Positions 1-9,427 are shown, numbered from the stretch's first letter. The stretch is 64,000 nucleotides of DNA from Minisyncoccota bacterium (GCA_023137185.1 JAGLPS010000002.1:47458-111457), one strand, 5' to 3'. A program made the numbers and translations. The notes: generated from the sequence alone by a model not told the origin.

Positions 1-342
1 TTGAAGAAAGAAGATATTCATCGCGGACAGGTACTTGCAAAATCAGGTTCAGTGACACCTCACACAGAATTTGAGTGCGAAGTGTATGTGTTGAAGAAAG
101 AGGAAGGGGGACGACACACGCCGTTCTTTTCTGGTTACAAACCGCAGTTTTATATGAGAACGACGGACGTAACTGGAGATGTCATTCTTCCAGAAGGAAC
201 TGAAATGGTGATGCCTGGTGACACAGTCGCGCTTAAAGTTAAGCTCACTGCTCCTGTCGCCCTTGAAGAAAAGCAGCGTTTTGCTATTCGAGAAGGAGGT
301 AAAACTGTTGGTGCTGGGGTTACAACTAAAATTATTGGCTAA
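1..342 (+). CDS. tuf: Elongation factor Tu, C-terminal part (cut by window edge)
   Basis: EF-Tu domain III motifs [32 protein letters not shown]; lies upstream of rpsJ. Confidence 0.98.
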   Translation: MKKEDIHRGQVLAKSGSVTPHTEFECEVYVLKKEEGGRHTPFFSGYKPQFYMRTTDVTGDVILPEGTEMVMPGDTVALKVKLTAPVALEEKQRFAIREGGKTVGAGVTTKIIG

Positions 343-347
343 TAACT

Positions 348-716
348 ATGGCGGCGAAGACAACAACAAAAAAAGGGAAATTAAGGGACAAGACTGGGAA
401 GGACGAAGCGGTTCAAAAACTTCGCATTCGTGTTAGTGCGTACGAATACAAAATTCTTGACCTTTCAGTAAAACAAATTATTGATACTGCGTTGCGGTAT
501 GACGCGAAAGTACGCGGTCCCGTTCCTCTCCCCACCGAAATAAAAAAATATACGGTAAATCGTTCCACTTTTGTTCACAAAGATGCGCGAGAACAATTTG
601 AGATGAGGGTTCATCGACGTGTTATTGATATTGTAAATCCAAACCAAAAACTGGTTGAATCTCTTACAAATCTAAGTTTGCCGTCAGGGGTTAATATTGA
701 CGTTAAAATGCTGTAA
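348..716 (+). CDS. rpsJ: 30S ribosomal protein S10
   Basis: GPVPLPT and HKDAREQFEMRVHRR motifs. Confidence 0.98.
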   Translation: MAAKTTTKKGKLRDKTGKDEAVQKLRIRVSAYEYKILDLSVKQIIDTALRYDAKVRGPVPLPTEIKKYTVNRSTFVHKDAREQFEMRVHRRVIDIVNPNQKLVESLTNLSLPSGVNIDVKML

Positions 717-822
717 GGAGAGCTTTTGCGTATAGGACTTCGCAGGATTTTCCGCGGGGTCATATATACTTATATAGACAATTCCTGAAAAATGAGTAGT
801 ATAGGGCTCTTAAGCGTGTAAT

Positions 823-1434
823 ATGAAATTTATTGTAGGTACAAAAAAGGAAATGACCCAAGTCTTTACTGAAGATGGAATTGCGCATCCAGTAACTGCT
901 GTTGAAGTAACGCCGGTTGTGGTAACTCAGGTCAAAAACAGCGACAAAGACGGATATAATGCTGTTCAGATTGGTTATGGAACAAAAAGCGAGAAAAAAA
1001 TTTCGCGCGCGCAAAAAGGACACCTAAAAAATCTAGGAAATTTCGCTGGGTTGAAAGAATTTCGTGTAGTTGATTCTGAAGCGGACTTAAAAGTTGGGGA
1101 TAAAATAGATGTTTCGATTTTTACTTCAGGTGATGTCGTTGCTGTTACAGGCACCTCAAAAGGAAAGGGTTTTCAGGGTGTTGTAAAGCGTCATGGATTT
1201 CATGGCGGTCCCCGCACACACGGACAAAAACATTCCGAAAGAGAGCCGGGGAGTATCGGAGGAGGTTTACGAACTAGAGTGCCTAAAGGTATGCGTATGG
1301 CAGGTCGTATGGGGAGTGATAGAATAACTGTAAAAAATCTTGCAGTTGTTTTCGTTGACTCTAAACAGAACCTTCTTTTTGTTGAGGGCGCTGTTCCCGG
1401 GCACAGGGGGACTGTGCTTGAAATCAGAGGATAA
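823..1434 (+). CDS. rplC: 50S ribosomal protein L3
   Basis: GTSKGKGFQGVVKRHGF and GMRMAGRMG motifs. Confidence 0.98.
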   Translation: MKFIVGTKKEMTQVFTEDGIAHPVTAVEVTPVVVTQVKNSDKDGYNAVQIGYGTKSEKKISRAQKGHLKNLGNFAGLKEFRVVDSEADLKVGDKIDVSIFTSGDVVAVTGTSKGKGFQGVVKRHGFHGGPRTHGQKHSEREPGSIGGGLRTRVPKGMRMAGRMGSDRITVKNLAVVFVDSKQNLLFVEGAVPGHRGTVLEIRG

Positions 1435-1474
1435 GCATTTGTCTCGCCTAGCTTGTTACAAGGGTAAGAAGATA

Positions 1475-2182
1475 ATGGAAAAAACAAAAGATAAAAAAAT
1501 ACAAACTTCTGTTAAAACGGAGTTAAGCGTATACAGTCAGGAAGGAAAAGAAATGGGGAAGATGGAACTTCCCAAGCGTGTTTTTAATATGCCGTGGAAT
1601 GCCGATCTTGTGCATCAGGTTGTTGTATCAATAGAGTCAAACGCGCGTACTCCCATTGCCCATACAAAAGGACGCGGAGATGTGCGTGGCGGAGGACACA
1701 AGCCATGGAGGCAAAAAGGAACGGGGCGAGCTAGGCATGGCTCACGACGTTCTCCAATTTGGGTCGGAGGAGGAGTCACACACGGTCCTTTGTCTGAAAA
1801 GAACTACGGGAAAAAAATAAACAAAAAGATGAAAACACAAGCACTCTATGCTGTATTGTCGCGCAAGGTCAAGGATAAAGAGATTATTCTTTTGGACACT
1901 TTGAATGTTTCTGAACCAAAGACGAAAAACGCAAAAGAGATACTTGCGTCGTTGCAAAAAGTAAAAAACTTTAAGGGACTTTCCAAAAAGAAGAACACAG
2001 CCTATATTGCCCTTTTAAAAAAAGATGACGCGGTAATAAAGAGTTTTAGAAATATCGGAAACATTTCTCTTGGAAAATTGTCTGATATTAATCCAGCGAG
2101 ATTGCTTAATTTTAAATATCTTATCATTACAAACCCGAAAGAATCTTTCACTTTTCTTGAAGGAAAAAGCTCAACGAAATAG
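1475..2182 (+). CDS. rplD: 50S ribosomal protein L4
   Basis: KPWRQKGTGRARHGS motif; ATG at 1475 preferred to the ORF-track start that overlaps rplC. Confidence 0.97.
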   Translation: MEKTKDKKIQTSVKTELSVYSQEGKEMGKMELPKRVFNMPWNADLVHQVVVSIESNARTPIAHTKGRGDVRGGGHKPWRQKGTGRARHGSRRSPIWVGGGVTHGPLSEKNYGKKINKKMKTQALYAVLSRKVKDKEIILLDTLNVSEPKTKNAKEILASLQKVKNFKGLSKKKNTAYIALLKKDDAVIKSFRNIGNISLGKLSDINPARLLNFKYLIITNPKESFTFLEGKSSTK

Positions 2183-2188
2183 CGCAAT

Positions 2189-2527
2189 ATGACTTTAAAA
2201 AATACAAAAGAACAAATAAAACAGAAATCGTTGTCGAATGAATTTTCAAAACAGTCTTTAGCATCGGTTATTGTACGTCCAAGAATAACAGAAAAGGCAT
2301 CTCTCAAGGCCGAAGAGAGTGTATATGTATTTGATATTTCTGCACGCGCGAACAAACGAACGGTTTCTGCCGCGATACAAAAAATTTATTCAGTTACTCC
2401 TCTTAAAATTAATGTAGTTCGCGTACCCTCCAAGTCTATAATTGTCAGAGGGAAAAAAGGAGTAAAATCAGGTGGAAGGAAGGCCTATGTTTACCTCAAA
2501 AAAGGAGACAAGATAGAAATCATATAA
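2189..2527 (+). CDS. rplW: 50S ribosomal protein L23
   Basis: PRITEKA and KAYVYLK motifs; operon position. Confidence 0.96.
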   Translation: MTLKNTKEQIKQKSLSNEFSKQSLASVIVRPRITEKASLKAEESVYVFDISARANKRTVSAAIQKIYSVTPLKINVVRVPSKSIIVRGKKGVKSGGRKAYVYLKKGDKIEII

Positions 2528-2539
2528 GAATAATATGAA

Positions 2540-2662
2540 TCTCGTTAGAGACCACAGCTTTATGAATACAAAATACGTATTACAATATCAAAATATGAGT
2601 CGATTTATTACCAGTTTTAGCAATACTGACGGAAACCCAGAGGTTTCCTACTTCTAACAGGA
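2540..2662 (+). mobile_element. Small inverted-repeat element inserted at the rplB start codon
   Basis: Ends tctcgttaga / tctaacagga; TGAA on both sides (2536-2539, 2663-2666); body matches 17871-18012 and 55580-55721. Confidence 0.8.
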
Positions 2663-3504
2663 TGAAAATATCCAGACCCACAACGCCGTCGCAGAGGAAA
2701 AAGACATCGATTGTATATCGAGATGTCTTAACAACCTCGTCTCCGCAACGTTCTCTTACCAAAGGAGTAAAACGCTCTGTTGGAAGAAATGCCTTTGGGC
2801 GTATTACAACCCGCCATAAGGGAGGTGGACACAAACGACTATGGCGTGATATTGATTTTCGTCTGGAAAAGAAAAACATTCCTTTTATAGTAAAAACTGT
2901 TGAATATGACCCTAATCGGTCGGGATTTATAGGTTTTGTCGTGTATAAAGACGGGGAAAAGCGATACATACTTCTTCCTCAAGGTGTAAAGGTGGGAGCT
3001 GAACTTGTTGTATCGACGGAAGCTCCTCTTAAGCAGGGTAATCGTCTCCCTCTCTCAAAAATTCCACTCGGAACTTCTGTATACAATGTTGAGGTAAAGC
3101 CGGGAGGCGGAGCGAAACTTATTCGGTCTGCCGGAAGTTGCGCGATGGTTCTTGCAAAAGACGGAGGATATATTGACCTAAAAATGCCTTCAACGGAAGT
3201 GCGGAAAGTTCCTGAAAAAGCTTGGGCGTCAATCGGAGGAGTTTCAAATTCTGAAAACAAATTGGTGCGGCTCGGGAAAGCTGGCCGAACACGATGGCTT
3301 GGGATAAGACCGACAGTGCGAGGAGCTGCGATGAATCCCGTTGACCATCCCCACGGCGGTGGTGAAGGTCGCTCTGGACGAGGAAGAAAAAGGGCAAAAA
3401 GTAAATGGGGCAAACCTACCGGTAAAGGTCAGAAAAGTCGCCGACCAAACAAGTATTCCAACAGACTTATTGTTTCTCGCAGAAAGGTTGGAAAGAAGCG
3501 ATAG
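2662..3504 (+). CDS. rplB: 50S ribosomal protein L2
   Basis: EYDPNRS and MNPVDHPHGGGEG motifs. Confidence 0.99.
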   Translation: MKISRPTTPSQRKKTSIVYRDVLTTSSPQRSLTKGVKRSVGRNAFGRITTRHKGGGHKRLWRDIDFRLEKKNIPFIVKTVEYDPNRSGFIGFVVYKDGEKRYILLPQGVKVGAELVVSTEAPLKQGNRLPLSKIPLGTSVYNVEVKPGGGAKLIRSAGSCAMVLAKDGGYIDLKMPSTEVRKVPEKAWASIGGVSNSENKLVRLGKAGRTRWLGIRPTVRGAAMNPVDHPHGGGEGRSGRGRKRAKSKWGKPTGKGQKSRRPNKYSNRLIVSRRKVGKKR

Positions 3505-3513
3505 AGCTCACTC

Positions 3514-3780
3514 GCATTCTCTTTTGAAAAGCACACATAAAACGTTGCTACGTTTTTGCTCTGCTCGCGCCGTCGCGCTGCGCAAGGCTTTTCAAAAGAG
3601 AATACTCGCTCTAAAGGGCAGAAACAGAACTTTTGAAAAGCACGAAAATTTTCTGCTAAAAATTTTCTCTGTACAGCGCCAGTCGCGCTTCCCAAGGCTT
3701 TTTAAAAACAACAGCTCACTCAAAGGGGAGAAAACTCAAGCACAACTATTCGCATTTTCTTTTGAAAAGCGCGCGTACCC
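3514..3780. repeat. Cluster of TTTTGAAAA-containing hairpin repeats
   Basis: Inverted repeat attctcttttgaaaagc / gcttttcaaaagagaat (about 3516-3603) plus two degenerate copies; related to 26187-26283. Confidence 0.6.
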
Positions 3781-3810
3781 TTTCCACTGACAACGTTAGT
3801 ATTACACCAC

Positions 3811-3848
3811 ACTTGGAGGTTGAACCTCCAAGTTGACCTCCAAGTTGA
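3811..3848. repeat. REP-like palindrome with partial tandem copy
   Basis: acttggaggttgaacctccaagt followed by tgacctccaagttga; similar hairpins near 61822, 62951 and 55128. Confidence 0.6.
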
Positions 3849-3947
3849 TTTTCAAGTATGGTTTTCAGAACTATTTTAGAGAGTGAGGAAAATTATCAAC
3901 GTAAAGTTTTTTTGTATCTTTTTTGGAAAAGAGTTAGTATAAAAAAT

Positions 3948-4199
3948 ATGTATAAAGGGGTAGAATTTTATGAAGAGGGCAATTCCATTTCCAATCTGAA
4001 ACGAAGACCGAAGCGTTTCTCTTTCATAACTGGTCTTGCTATCAAATTAGGTCTTGCGAAAGACGAACAGAGCGCTAACGTAGTGCTTGTTATTGTGGCT
4101 GTTGCGGCGATTCTTCTTACGATTGTAATTTTAACTACAAGCGCGAACAAAAAGATACCTCTGCCGAATCCTGAACAGATGCTTCCTGCTGAATTTTAA
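3948..4199 (+). CDS. Small single-pass membrane protein (paralog of 4797..5048)
   Basis: GLAKDEQSAN followed by a hydrophobic helix; ATG at 3948. Confidence 0.75.
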   Translation: MYKGVEFYEEGNSISNLKRRPKRFSFITGLAIKLGLAKDEQSANVVLVIVAVAAILLTIVILTTSANKKIPLPNPEQMLPAEF

Positions 4200-4203
4200 T
4201 TTT

Positions 4204-4776
4204 ATGGAAAAAAACCGAGGATTCACCCCGTTAGTAGAAGAAGGTCTCGTGCCCAAAGCATTTTCACAGAAAACACCTTTTTCTATTTTTAATATGTTCA
4301 TTTCAAAATTCTCCTCAACCAACATAGGGCACAAAAATGCTAGACCGTCTTTCACTACGGGGTTCACACTCATTGAACTGCTTGTTGTTATCTCGATTAT
4401 CGCTTTCGTAGCCTCTATAGTTATGAGCAACCTAAATCTTGCGCGTAGGCGCGCAAACATTGCAAAAGCAAAATCAGAAGTGCGTACTCTTCTTCAGGTA
4501 ATTTTACGATATCAAATTGACAATAACAGCTGGCCAAGTCCGAGTAACATTGCTTCATTGGACGATTGGAATGCGTCCTGGAGCGATCCGTATATTAGCG
4601 CTATTTCTACTGATCCATGGGGGCAAAGTTACTTTTTTGACGGAGGGGCAAGCGAATGCGGATGGGGAAATACAGGTATTTGCTCAGGTGGTCCAAATAA
4701 GTCAATAGGCTCGTTCAACAATCCAAATATGCCTCTTGGTGACGATATTTGTATTCCAATGGACATATGTAAATAA
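4204..4776 (+). CDS. Type IV pilin / GspG-like pseudopilin with a 47-aa insertion in the leader
   Basis: GFTLIELLVVISII N-methylation motif; DPWGQSY; C-terminal cysteines. Confidence 0.9.
   Translation: MEKNRGFTPLVEEGLVPKAFSQKTPFSIFNMFISKFSSTNIGHKNARPSFTTGFTLIELLVVISIIAFVASIVMSNLNLARRRANIAKAKSEVRTLLQVILRYQIDNNSWPSPSNIASLDDWNASWSDPYISAISTDPWGQSYFFDGGASECGWGNTGICSGGPNKSIGSFNNPNMPLGDDICIPMDICK
4226..4362 (+). mobile_element. 137-bp in-frame inverted-repeat element in prepilin leader (copy 1)
   Basis: ccccgttagtag...cactacgggg with TTCA on both sides; near-identical copies at 5067 and 48193. Confidence 0.9.
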
Positions 4777-4796
4777 TAAATTAACGTAATTTTTGT

Positions 4797-5048
4797 ATGA
4801 GTGTAGTTCAATTTTTAGATGAAAATGAATTTGATTCAAGGTTAAAAAATTGTCCGAAGAAATATTCAGGACTTGTGAATCTTGTAATACGAATTGGTCT
4901 CGCGAAAGACGAGCAGAGTGCTAATAAGTTACTTCTTTTAATTACTGTTGTTCTCTTTGCACTATCAATTTTTGTTCTCTTTTCTTTTAATCAATCGCCA
5001 GAGCCGTTATCTCCGCAGGAAATACAGTCTTTTCAAGTAATACCATGA
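4797..5048 (+). CDS. Small single-pass membrane protein (paralog of 3948..4199)
   Basis: GLAKDEQSAN plus TM helix; overlaps the start of the next pilin. Confidence 0.75.
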   Translation: MSVVQFLDENEFDSRLKNCPKKYSGLVNLVIRIGLAKDEQSANKLLLLITVVLFALSIFVLFSFNQSPEPLSPQEIQSFQVIP

Positions 5049-5692
5049 AGAAAAACCGAGGATTCACCCCGTTAGTAGAAAAAGGTCTCGTGCCCAAAGC
5101 ATTTTCACAGAAAACACCTTTTTCTATTTTTAATATGTTCATTTCAAAATTCTCCTCAACCAACATAGGGCACAAAAATGCTAGACCGTCTTTCACTACG
5201 GGGTTCACACTCATTGAACTGCTTGTTGTTATCTCAATAATTGGCCTTTTGTCTTCTGTTGTTCTCACGAGTCTTAATACGGCGCGTCTAAAAGCAAAAG
5301 ACGGGCGCAGACTGTCCGATATGAAGCAAATTCGGATGGCCCTTGAGCTTTATCGCGACGCAAACGACCGATACCCAAGCCCGACTTCAGGTGATGGCGA
5401 TTGGGAGGAGAGTTATGAAGATGGGGGACAATTTATAGAAACTCTCGCGAATAACGGATATCTGCCGAATCCAATTGTTGACCCAATAAACAACACGTCG
5501 TATCGGTACTCGTATTATCGCTATGGCGCAGGGTCTTCTGGTTGTCCTTCTTCCCGCGGGAATTTTTACGTTATTGGCGTTAGAAATATGGAAACAACCG
5601 GCAATCCCCATCCCGCAAGTCCAGGGTGGTCGTGTCCAACTAGAAATTGGCAAGGTGAGTTTGAATGGGTGGCAGGAGCTTTTGAGCACTAA
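5045..5692 (+). CDS. Type IV pilin / GspG-like pseudopilin with a 47-aa insertion in the leader
   Basis: GFTLIELLVVISIIGLLSSVVL...ARLKAKDGRRLSDMKQI; cysteine pair. Confidence 0.92.
   Translation: MKKNRGFTPLVEKGLVPKAFSQKTPFSIFNMFISKFSSTNIGHKNARPSFTTGFTLIELLVVISIIGLLSSVVLTSLNTARLKAKDGRRLSDMKQIRMALELYRDANDRYPSPTSGDGDWEESYEDGGQFIETLANNGYLPNPIVDPINNTSYRYSYYRYGAGSSGCPSSRGNFYVIGVRNMETTGNPHPASPGWSCPTRNWQGEFEWVAGAFEH
5067..5203 (+). mobile_element. 137-bp in-frame inverted-repeat element in prepilin leader (copy 2)
   Basis: Differs from copy 1 by about one base; TTCA flanks. Confidence 0.9.
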
Positions 5693-5713
5693 CAAATTCT
5701 TTTTTTGGATTAA

Positions 5714-6032
5714 CCCATTAGTAGAATTTCAATTTGATTATGTTTTATGTCTATGTGTTAAGAAGCGAGAAGAATCGCGAGTTGTATATTGGGTATACTT
5801 CCAATTTAAAAAACAGATTGCAAGAACATAATCAGGGGTTAAATCTTTCCACAAAGCGATATGTACCTTGGAGACTAATTTATTATGAAGCCTCTATTGA
5901 GGAAAAGGATGCCGTACGCCGTGAAAAGTATCTTAAAACTACTCAAGGCGGGAGATTGCTAAGAAGGAGATTGAAAGAGTTTCTGTACAAAAATCCTCCG
6001 GAGATTTAACAAACTGAAATCTCACTACGGGG
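5714..6032 (+). mobile_element. Inverted-repeat element carrying a GIY-YIG gene
   Basis: Left end cccattagtagaatttca, right end tgaaatctcactacgggg; flanks TTAA / TTGA. Confidence 0.75.
5740..6009 (+). CDS. Small GIY-YIG nuclease family protein
   Basis: MFYVYVL...LYIGYT...RLQEHN...RREKYLK. Confidence 0.92.
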   Translation: MFYVYVLRSEKNRELYIGYTSNLKNRLQEHNQGLNLSTKRYVPWRLIYYEASIEEKDAVRREKYLKTTQGGRLLRRRLKEFLYKNPPEI

Positions 6033-6036
6033 TTGA

Positions 6037-6131
6037 CCCTGTAGTGAGATTTGGCATAGCACTCTGAGTGCGCCCAGCCTTAGTTTGCCAAAGCAAACTA
6101 AGGCTGGGCAATGCCAAATTCTACTACGGGG
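6037..6131 (+). mobile_element. Non-coding inverted-repeat element in tandem with the GIY-YIG element
   Basis: ccctgtagtgagatttggcat...atgccaaattctactacgggg; TTGA on both sides; perfect internal hairpin gcccagccttagtttgc / gcaaactaaggctgggc. Confidence 0.8.
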
Positions 6132-6239
6132 TTGACTATTCTTTTGCTTATCTATATTATGGTGGGTACGCATTTTTGCGCATTTTTTGTAATTGAAAAA
6201 ACGTATGCGCGCGCTTTTTCTTTTTCTCATTTTTAACTA

Positions 6240-6599
6240 ATGACTCGATCACTCAAAAAAGGTCCATACGTCTATGAGCGATTGCTCAAGAAAATTGAAG
6301 GGAAAAAACCCGATAGTGTCGGGGTAATTAAAACATGGGCGCGTGCTAGTCAGATTGCTCCGGAAATGGTGGGTTTTACTTTTGGTGTCTACAACGGGAA
6401 AGAGCATATTCCTGTTTTTGTAACCGAAGATATGGTTGGGCACCGTTTGGGTGAATTTTCTCCAACAAAGAAATTTGTCAGACACGGAGGTAAGATGCAG
6501 AAAGAACTTGAGCAGAAGAAAAAAGAGGCCGAAATAGTAGCCGCGCAAGCGGCAAAAACAGCTGGCCCTACTGCGTCAAATGCCGCGCCTAAAAAATAA
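6240..6599 (+). CDS. rpsS: 30S ribosomal protein S19
   Basis: RSLKKGP and [12 protein letters not shown] motifs. Confidence 0.98.
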   Translation: MTRSLKKGPYVYERLLKKIEGKKPDSVGVIKTWARASQIAPEMVGFTFGVYNGKEHIPVFVTEDMVGHRLGEFSPTKKFVRHGGKMQKELEQKKKEAEIVAAQAAKTAGPTASNAAPKK

Positions 6600-6601
6600 G
6601 T

Positions 6602-6961
6602 ATGGTCAAAGCCTCTTTAAAAAATTATAGACAATCTCCGCGGAAAGTACGCTTGATTGCTGGTTTAATACGGGGGAAAAAAGTTGATCGCGCTCTTGTT
6701 ATATTAAAAAATGCCTCTAAGCGCGCAGCTTTCCCAGTCCGTAAACTTATTGAGTCAGCTGTCGCAAATGCTAAGAATGACAATCTTTCTTCCGAAAATC
6801 TTGTTATAAAAAAAATTACAGTTGACGGAGGAGCGACTCTCTTTCGTCGCCGTCCGCGCGCGCGCGGCGCAGCGTTTGTTGTTCGCAAACGTACGAGTCA
6901 TATCGGAGTAGAGCTTGAGGGTATTGAGGCGACCAAAACAAAAACAGAAAAGAAAAAATAA
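6602..6961 (+). CDS. rplV: 50S ribosomal protein L22
   Basis: SPRKVRL, SAVANA and KRTSHI motifs. Confidence 0.97.
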   Translation: MVKASLKNYRQSPRKVRLIAGLIRGKKVDRALVILKNASKRAAFPVRKLIESAVANAKNDNLSSENLVIKKITVDGGATLFRRRPRARGAAFVVRKRTSHIGVELEGIEATKTKTEKKK

Positions 6962-6963
6962 TT

Positions 6964-7635
6964 ATGTCACATACCGTTCACCCATATTCACATAGGCTTG
7001 GTATTACAAAGGACTGGAAATCTCGTTGGTTTTCTGTTAAGAAAAAATACCGAGATTTATTGAAAAGCGATACAGTGCTTCGTGAGTATCTTGATAAACG
7101 TCTTCGGGGGCTCTACGTTTCTTTAGTGGAGACAGAGAGAAGCGAGAAAACATTTAGAATTATCATTGAAACTTCTCGACCCGGTCTTATTATCGGGAAA
7201 AATGGTGAAGGGAGCGCGAAATTGCGAGAAGATGTATTGAAAATTATAAAAAAAGAAAATCTTTTAGCTCCAAGCGACATAAAAATTGATATCAAAGAAG
7301 TCCGTTCTCCCGAATCAAACGCTTCTATTGTTGCGCAAATGATCGCGGAGGGACTTGAAAAACGTCTTCCTTTCAGACGCGTGATGAAACAGATGGTTGA
7401 AAAAGTTCTCGCGAATCGCGATGTCTTGGGAGCCAAAATTCAGTTGGCTGGACGTCTCGGAGGAGCTGAAATGTCTCGTCAGGAGAAACTTAAAAAAGGA
7501 CAAATTCCTCTTCAGACGTTTCGCGCCGACATTGACTACAGTCACTACGAAGCACGTCTTCCATACGGTAAGATTGGTATAAAAGTATGGATTTACAAAG
7601 GCGAGGTGTTTGAGAAAGCGCAAAAAAAATACTAA
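6964..7635 (+). CDS. rpsC: 30S ribosomal protein S3
   Basis: RPGLIIG, GRLGGAE and PLQTFRADIDY motifs. Confidence 0.98.
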   Translation: MSHTVHPYSHRLGITKDWKSRWFSVKKKYRDLLKSDTVLREYLDKRLRGLYVSLVETERSEKTFRIIIETSRPGLIIGKNGEGSAKLREDVLKIIKKENLLAPSDIKIDIKEVRSPESNASIVAQMIAEGLEKRLPFRRVMKQMVEKVLANRDVLGAKIQLAGRLGGAEMSRQEKLKKGQIPLQTFRADIDYSHYEARLPYGKIGIKVWIYKGEVFEKAQKKY

Positions 7636-7641
7636 TACATT

Positions 7642-8061
7642 ATGTTATTTCCAAAAAAAGTAAAATATCGCAAGTGGCAGACACTGAGGGAGCATCCAGA
7701 CAAGGTTGGCGTTGCTTCACGAGGGTTTTGTGTGGCTTTTGGTTCATACGGTCTCAAGGCAATGACAGCCGCGCGTGTGGAATCAAAACAGCTTGAATCA
7801 GCTCGAAAAGTGCTTTCTCGTTCAACTGGCAAGACAGGAAAAGTGTGGTTGCGCGTGTTTCCTGATATGCCGTTTACAAAAAAACCAGCTGAAGTGAAAC
7901 TTGGAAAAGGAAAGGGTGACCCTGAAGGATATCAAGTCCCCGTTAAACCTGGTCGGATTATTTTTGAAATTGATGGGGTGACTGAAGATGTCGCTCGAGA
8001 AGCGTTGCGAAAAGCGGGAACAAAGCTCCCTGTAAAGACTAAAATGGTGATTCGCCACTAA
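7642..8061 (+). CDS. rplP: 50S ribosomal protein L16
   Basis: RVFPD...KKPAEVKLGKGKG. Confidence 0.98.
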   Translation: MLFPKKVKYRKWQTLREHPDKVGVASRGFCVAFGSYGLKAMTAARVESKQLESARKVLSRSTGKTGKVWLRVFPDMPFTKKPAEVKLGKGKGDPEGYQVPVKPGRIIFEIDGVTEDVAREALRKAGTKLPVKTKMVIRH

Positions 8062-8101
8062 ATTTGACAGATTTCACAGAACTTTGCAAAATAAAACTTT
8101 T

Positions 8102-8287
8102 ATGTCAGACCTTGCGAACAAAACCGAAAAAGACTTATTTAAGGCACTTTCCGAAAAACGGGAAGCACTGCGTAGTTTTCGATTTGGAATTTCGGGTAGT
8201 AAAGTGAGGAACATAAAAGAAGGCCGTACGATAAAAAAGGAAATCGCTCGGATTCTTACAGTGTTGAGTGCGAGAAATATAAAATAA
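8102..8287 (+). CDS. rpmC: 50S ribosomal protein L29
   Basis: LRSFRF...KKEIARILT; position between rplP and rpsQ. Confidence 0.93.
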   Translation: MSDLANKTEKDLFKALSEKREALRSFRFGISGSKVRNIKEGRTIKKEIARILTVLSARNIK

Positions 8288-8288
8288 T

Positions 8289-8555
8289 ATGACCAATACA
8301 CATCCAGATAAAACTACAAAAAGAAAAACTCTCACGGGGGAAGTAATGTCAAATAAGATGCAGGATACAGTTATTGTTTTGGTGAAGCTGTATAAAAAGC
8401 ACTCTAAGTATGAAAAGCACTTTCTTCGGGGGAAGCGGTATAAAGTTCATGATAAAGGCAATATGTCTTCTGTCGGGGACAAGGTGGTTATAGAAGAATG
8501 TCGGCCTTTTTCAAAAGAAAAGAAATTTACAATTGTTAAGAATTTGAGCGGGTAA
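8289..8555 (+). CDS. rpsQ: 30S ribosomal protein S17
   Basis: KMQDTVIV, VHD and GDKVVIEECRPFSK motifs. Confidence 0.96.
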   Translation: MTNTHPDKTTKRKTLTGEVMSNKMQDTVIVLVKLYKKHSKYEKHFLRGKRYKVHDKGNMSSVGDKVVIEECRPFSKEKKFTIVKNLSG

Positions 8556-8556
8556 T

Positions 8557-8928
8557 ATGATCCAACCACAAACATTAGTAAAAATCACGGATAATTCTGG
8601 TGGAGAAATCGGACGAGTATTCAAAGTACTCGGAGGAACACGGAAGAGGTACGCGAGGCTTGGTGATATTGTTGTGCTTTCGGTTCAAAAAGCAAAACCT
8701 CGAAAGACAGTAAAGAAAAAACAGGTTCTTCACGCGGTGGTAGTTCGCCAAAGCAAGGCGTTTCGCCGTAAAGATGGTTCGTACATTCGTTTTGATGAGA
8801 ACGCGGTTATTATTATTGAAAAGGGTAAAAAAGATCCAACAGCGGGTAGAATTTTTGGACCTATTCCAAGAGAGATCGCAGAACGAGGATTCCAGAAAAT
8901 CGCGTCTCTAGCACCGGAAATCGTATAG
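8557..8928 (+). CDS. rplN: 50S ribosomal protein L14
   Basis: DNSG, RFDENA, RIFGP and SLAPE motifs. Confidence 0.98.
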   Translation: MIQPQTLVKITDNSGGEIGRVFKVLGGTRKRYARLGDIVVLSVQKAKPRKTVKKKQVLHAVVVRQSKAFRRKDGSYIRFDENAVIIIEKGKKDPTAGRIFGPIPREIAERGFQKIASLAPEIV

Positions 8929-8963
8929 TAATTTAAGAAGCGAAGCGACTATAAATTACTTAA

Positions 8964-9072
8964 CCCACCTTAATTTTTGAACATATGATTGGTGTTATCA
9001 CACAAAAAAATAACAATTCACACATTGCTCCAACAGTGGTAGAAAAGCTGTATGGTCAAAAATTGTGGTGGG
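8964..9072. mobile_element. Inverted-repeat element between rplN and rplX
   Basis: cccaccttaatttttgaacata / tatggtcaaaaattgtggtggg, nested in an outer imperfect repeat (aagcgaagcga / tcgctttgctt). Confidence 0.6.
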
Positions 9073-9113
9073 TCATGATTGTTTCTAATTCGCTTTGCTT
9101 ATAAGAAAAATCA

Positions 9114-9425
9114 ATGAAAATTAAAAAAGGAGACAACATTATAGTAATTTCGGGAAAAGACAAGGGGAAAACCGCCCCAGTTCTTAAAGCATTTCCCGCT
9201 CTAAACAGAGTGGTTGTTGAGGGGGTTAATGTGAGAAAAATTCATGAACGAGCTCGAAAAGGGGGGCAGAAAGGTCAAATTGTAGACAGAGCGCTTCCGA
9301 TAAATGTGTCTAATGTTATGATAGTTGACCCCAAAACACATAAAAGAACACGTGTTGGAAAGGAGAGGAGAGGAGACAAAACTATCCGTATTGCAAAAAA
9401 GAGCGGTGCAGCACTTGATAAATAA
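9114..9425 (+). CDS. rplX: 50S ribosomal protein L24
   Basis: KKGD...GKDKGK KOW motif; SNVM. Confidence 0.97.
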   Translation: MKIKKGDNIIVISGKDKGKTAPVLKAFPALNRVVVEGVNVRKIHERARKGGQKGQIVDRALPINVSNVMIVDPKTHKRTRVGKERRGDKTIRIAKKSGAALDK

Positions 9426-9427
9426 TT

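Noticed and set aside
3341-3790. ORFs 3341..3790 and 3429..3695
   Set aside because: They overlap rplB and run through hairpin repeats; no protein-like features.
4226-4362. Intein or self-splicing intron in the pilins
   Set aside because: Too short, no Cys/Ser...His-Asn intein ends and no group I/II core; inverted ends with a duplicated core fit a DNA insertion better.
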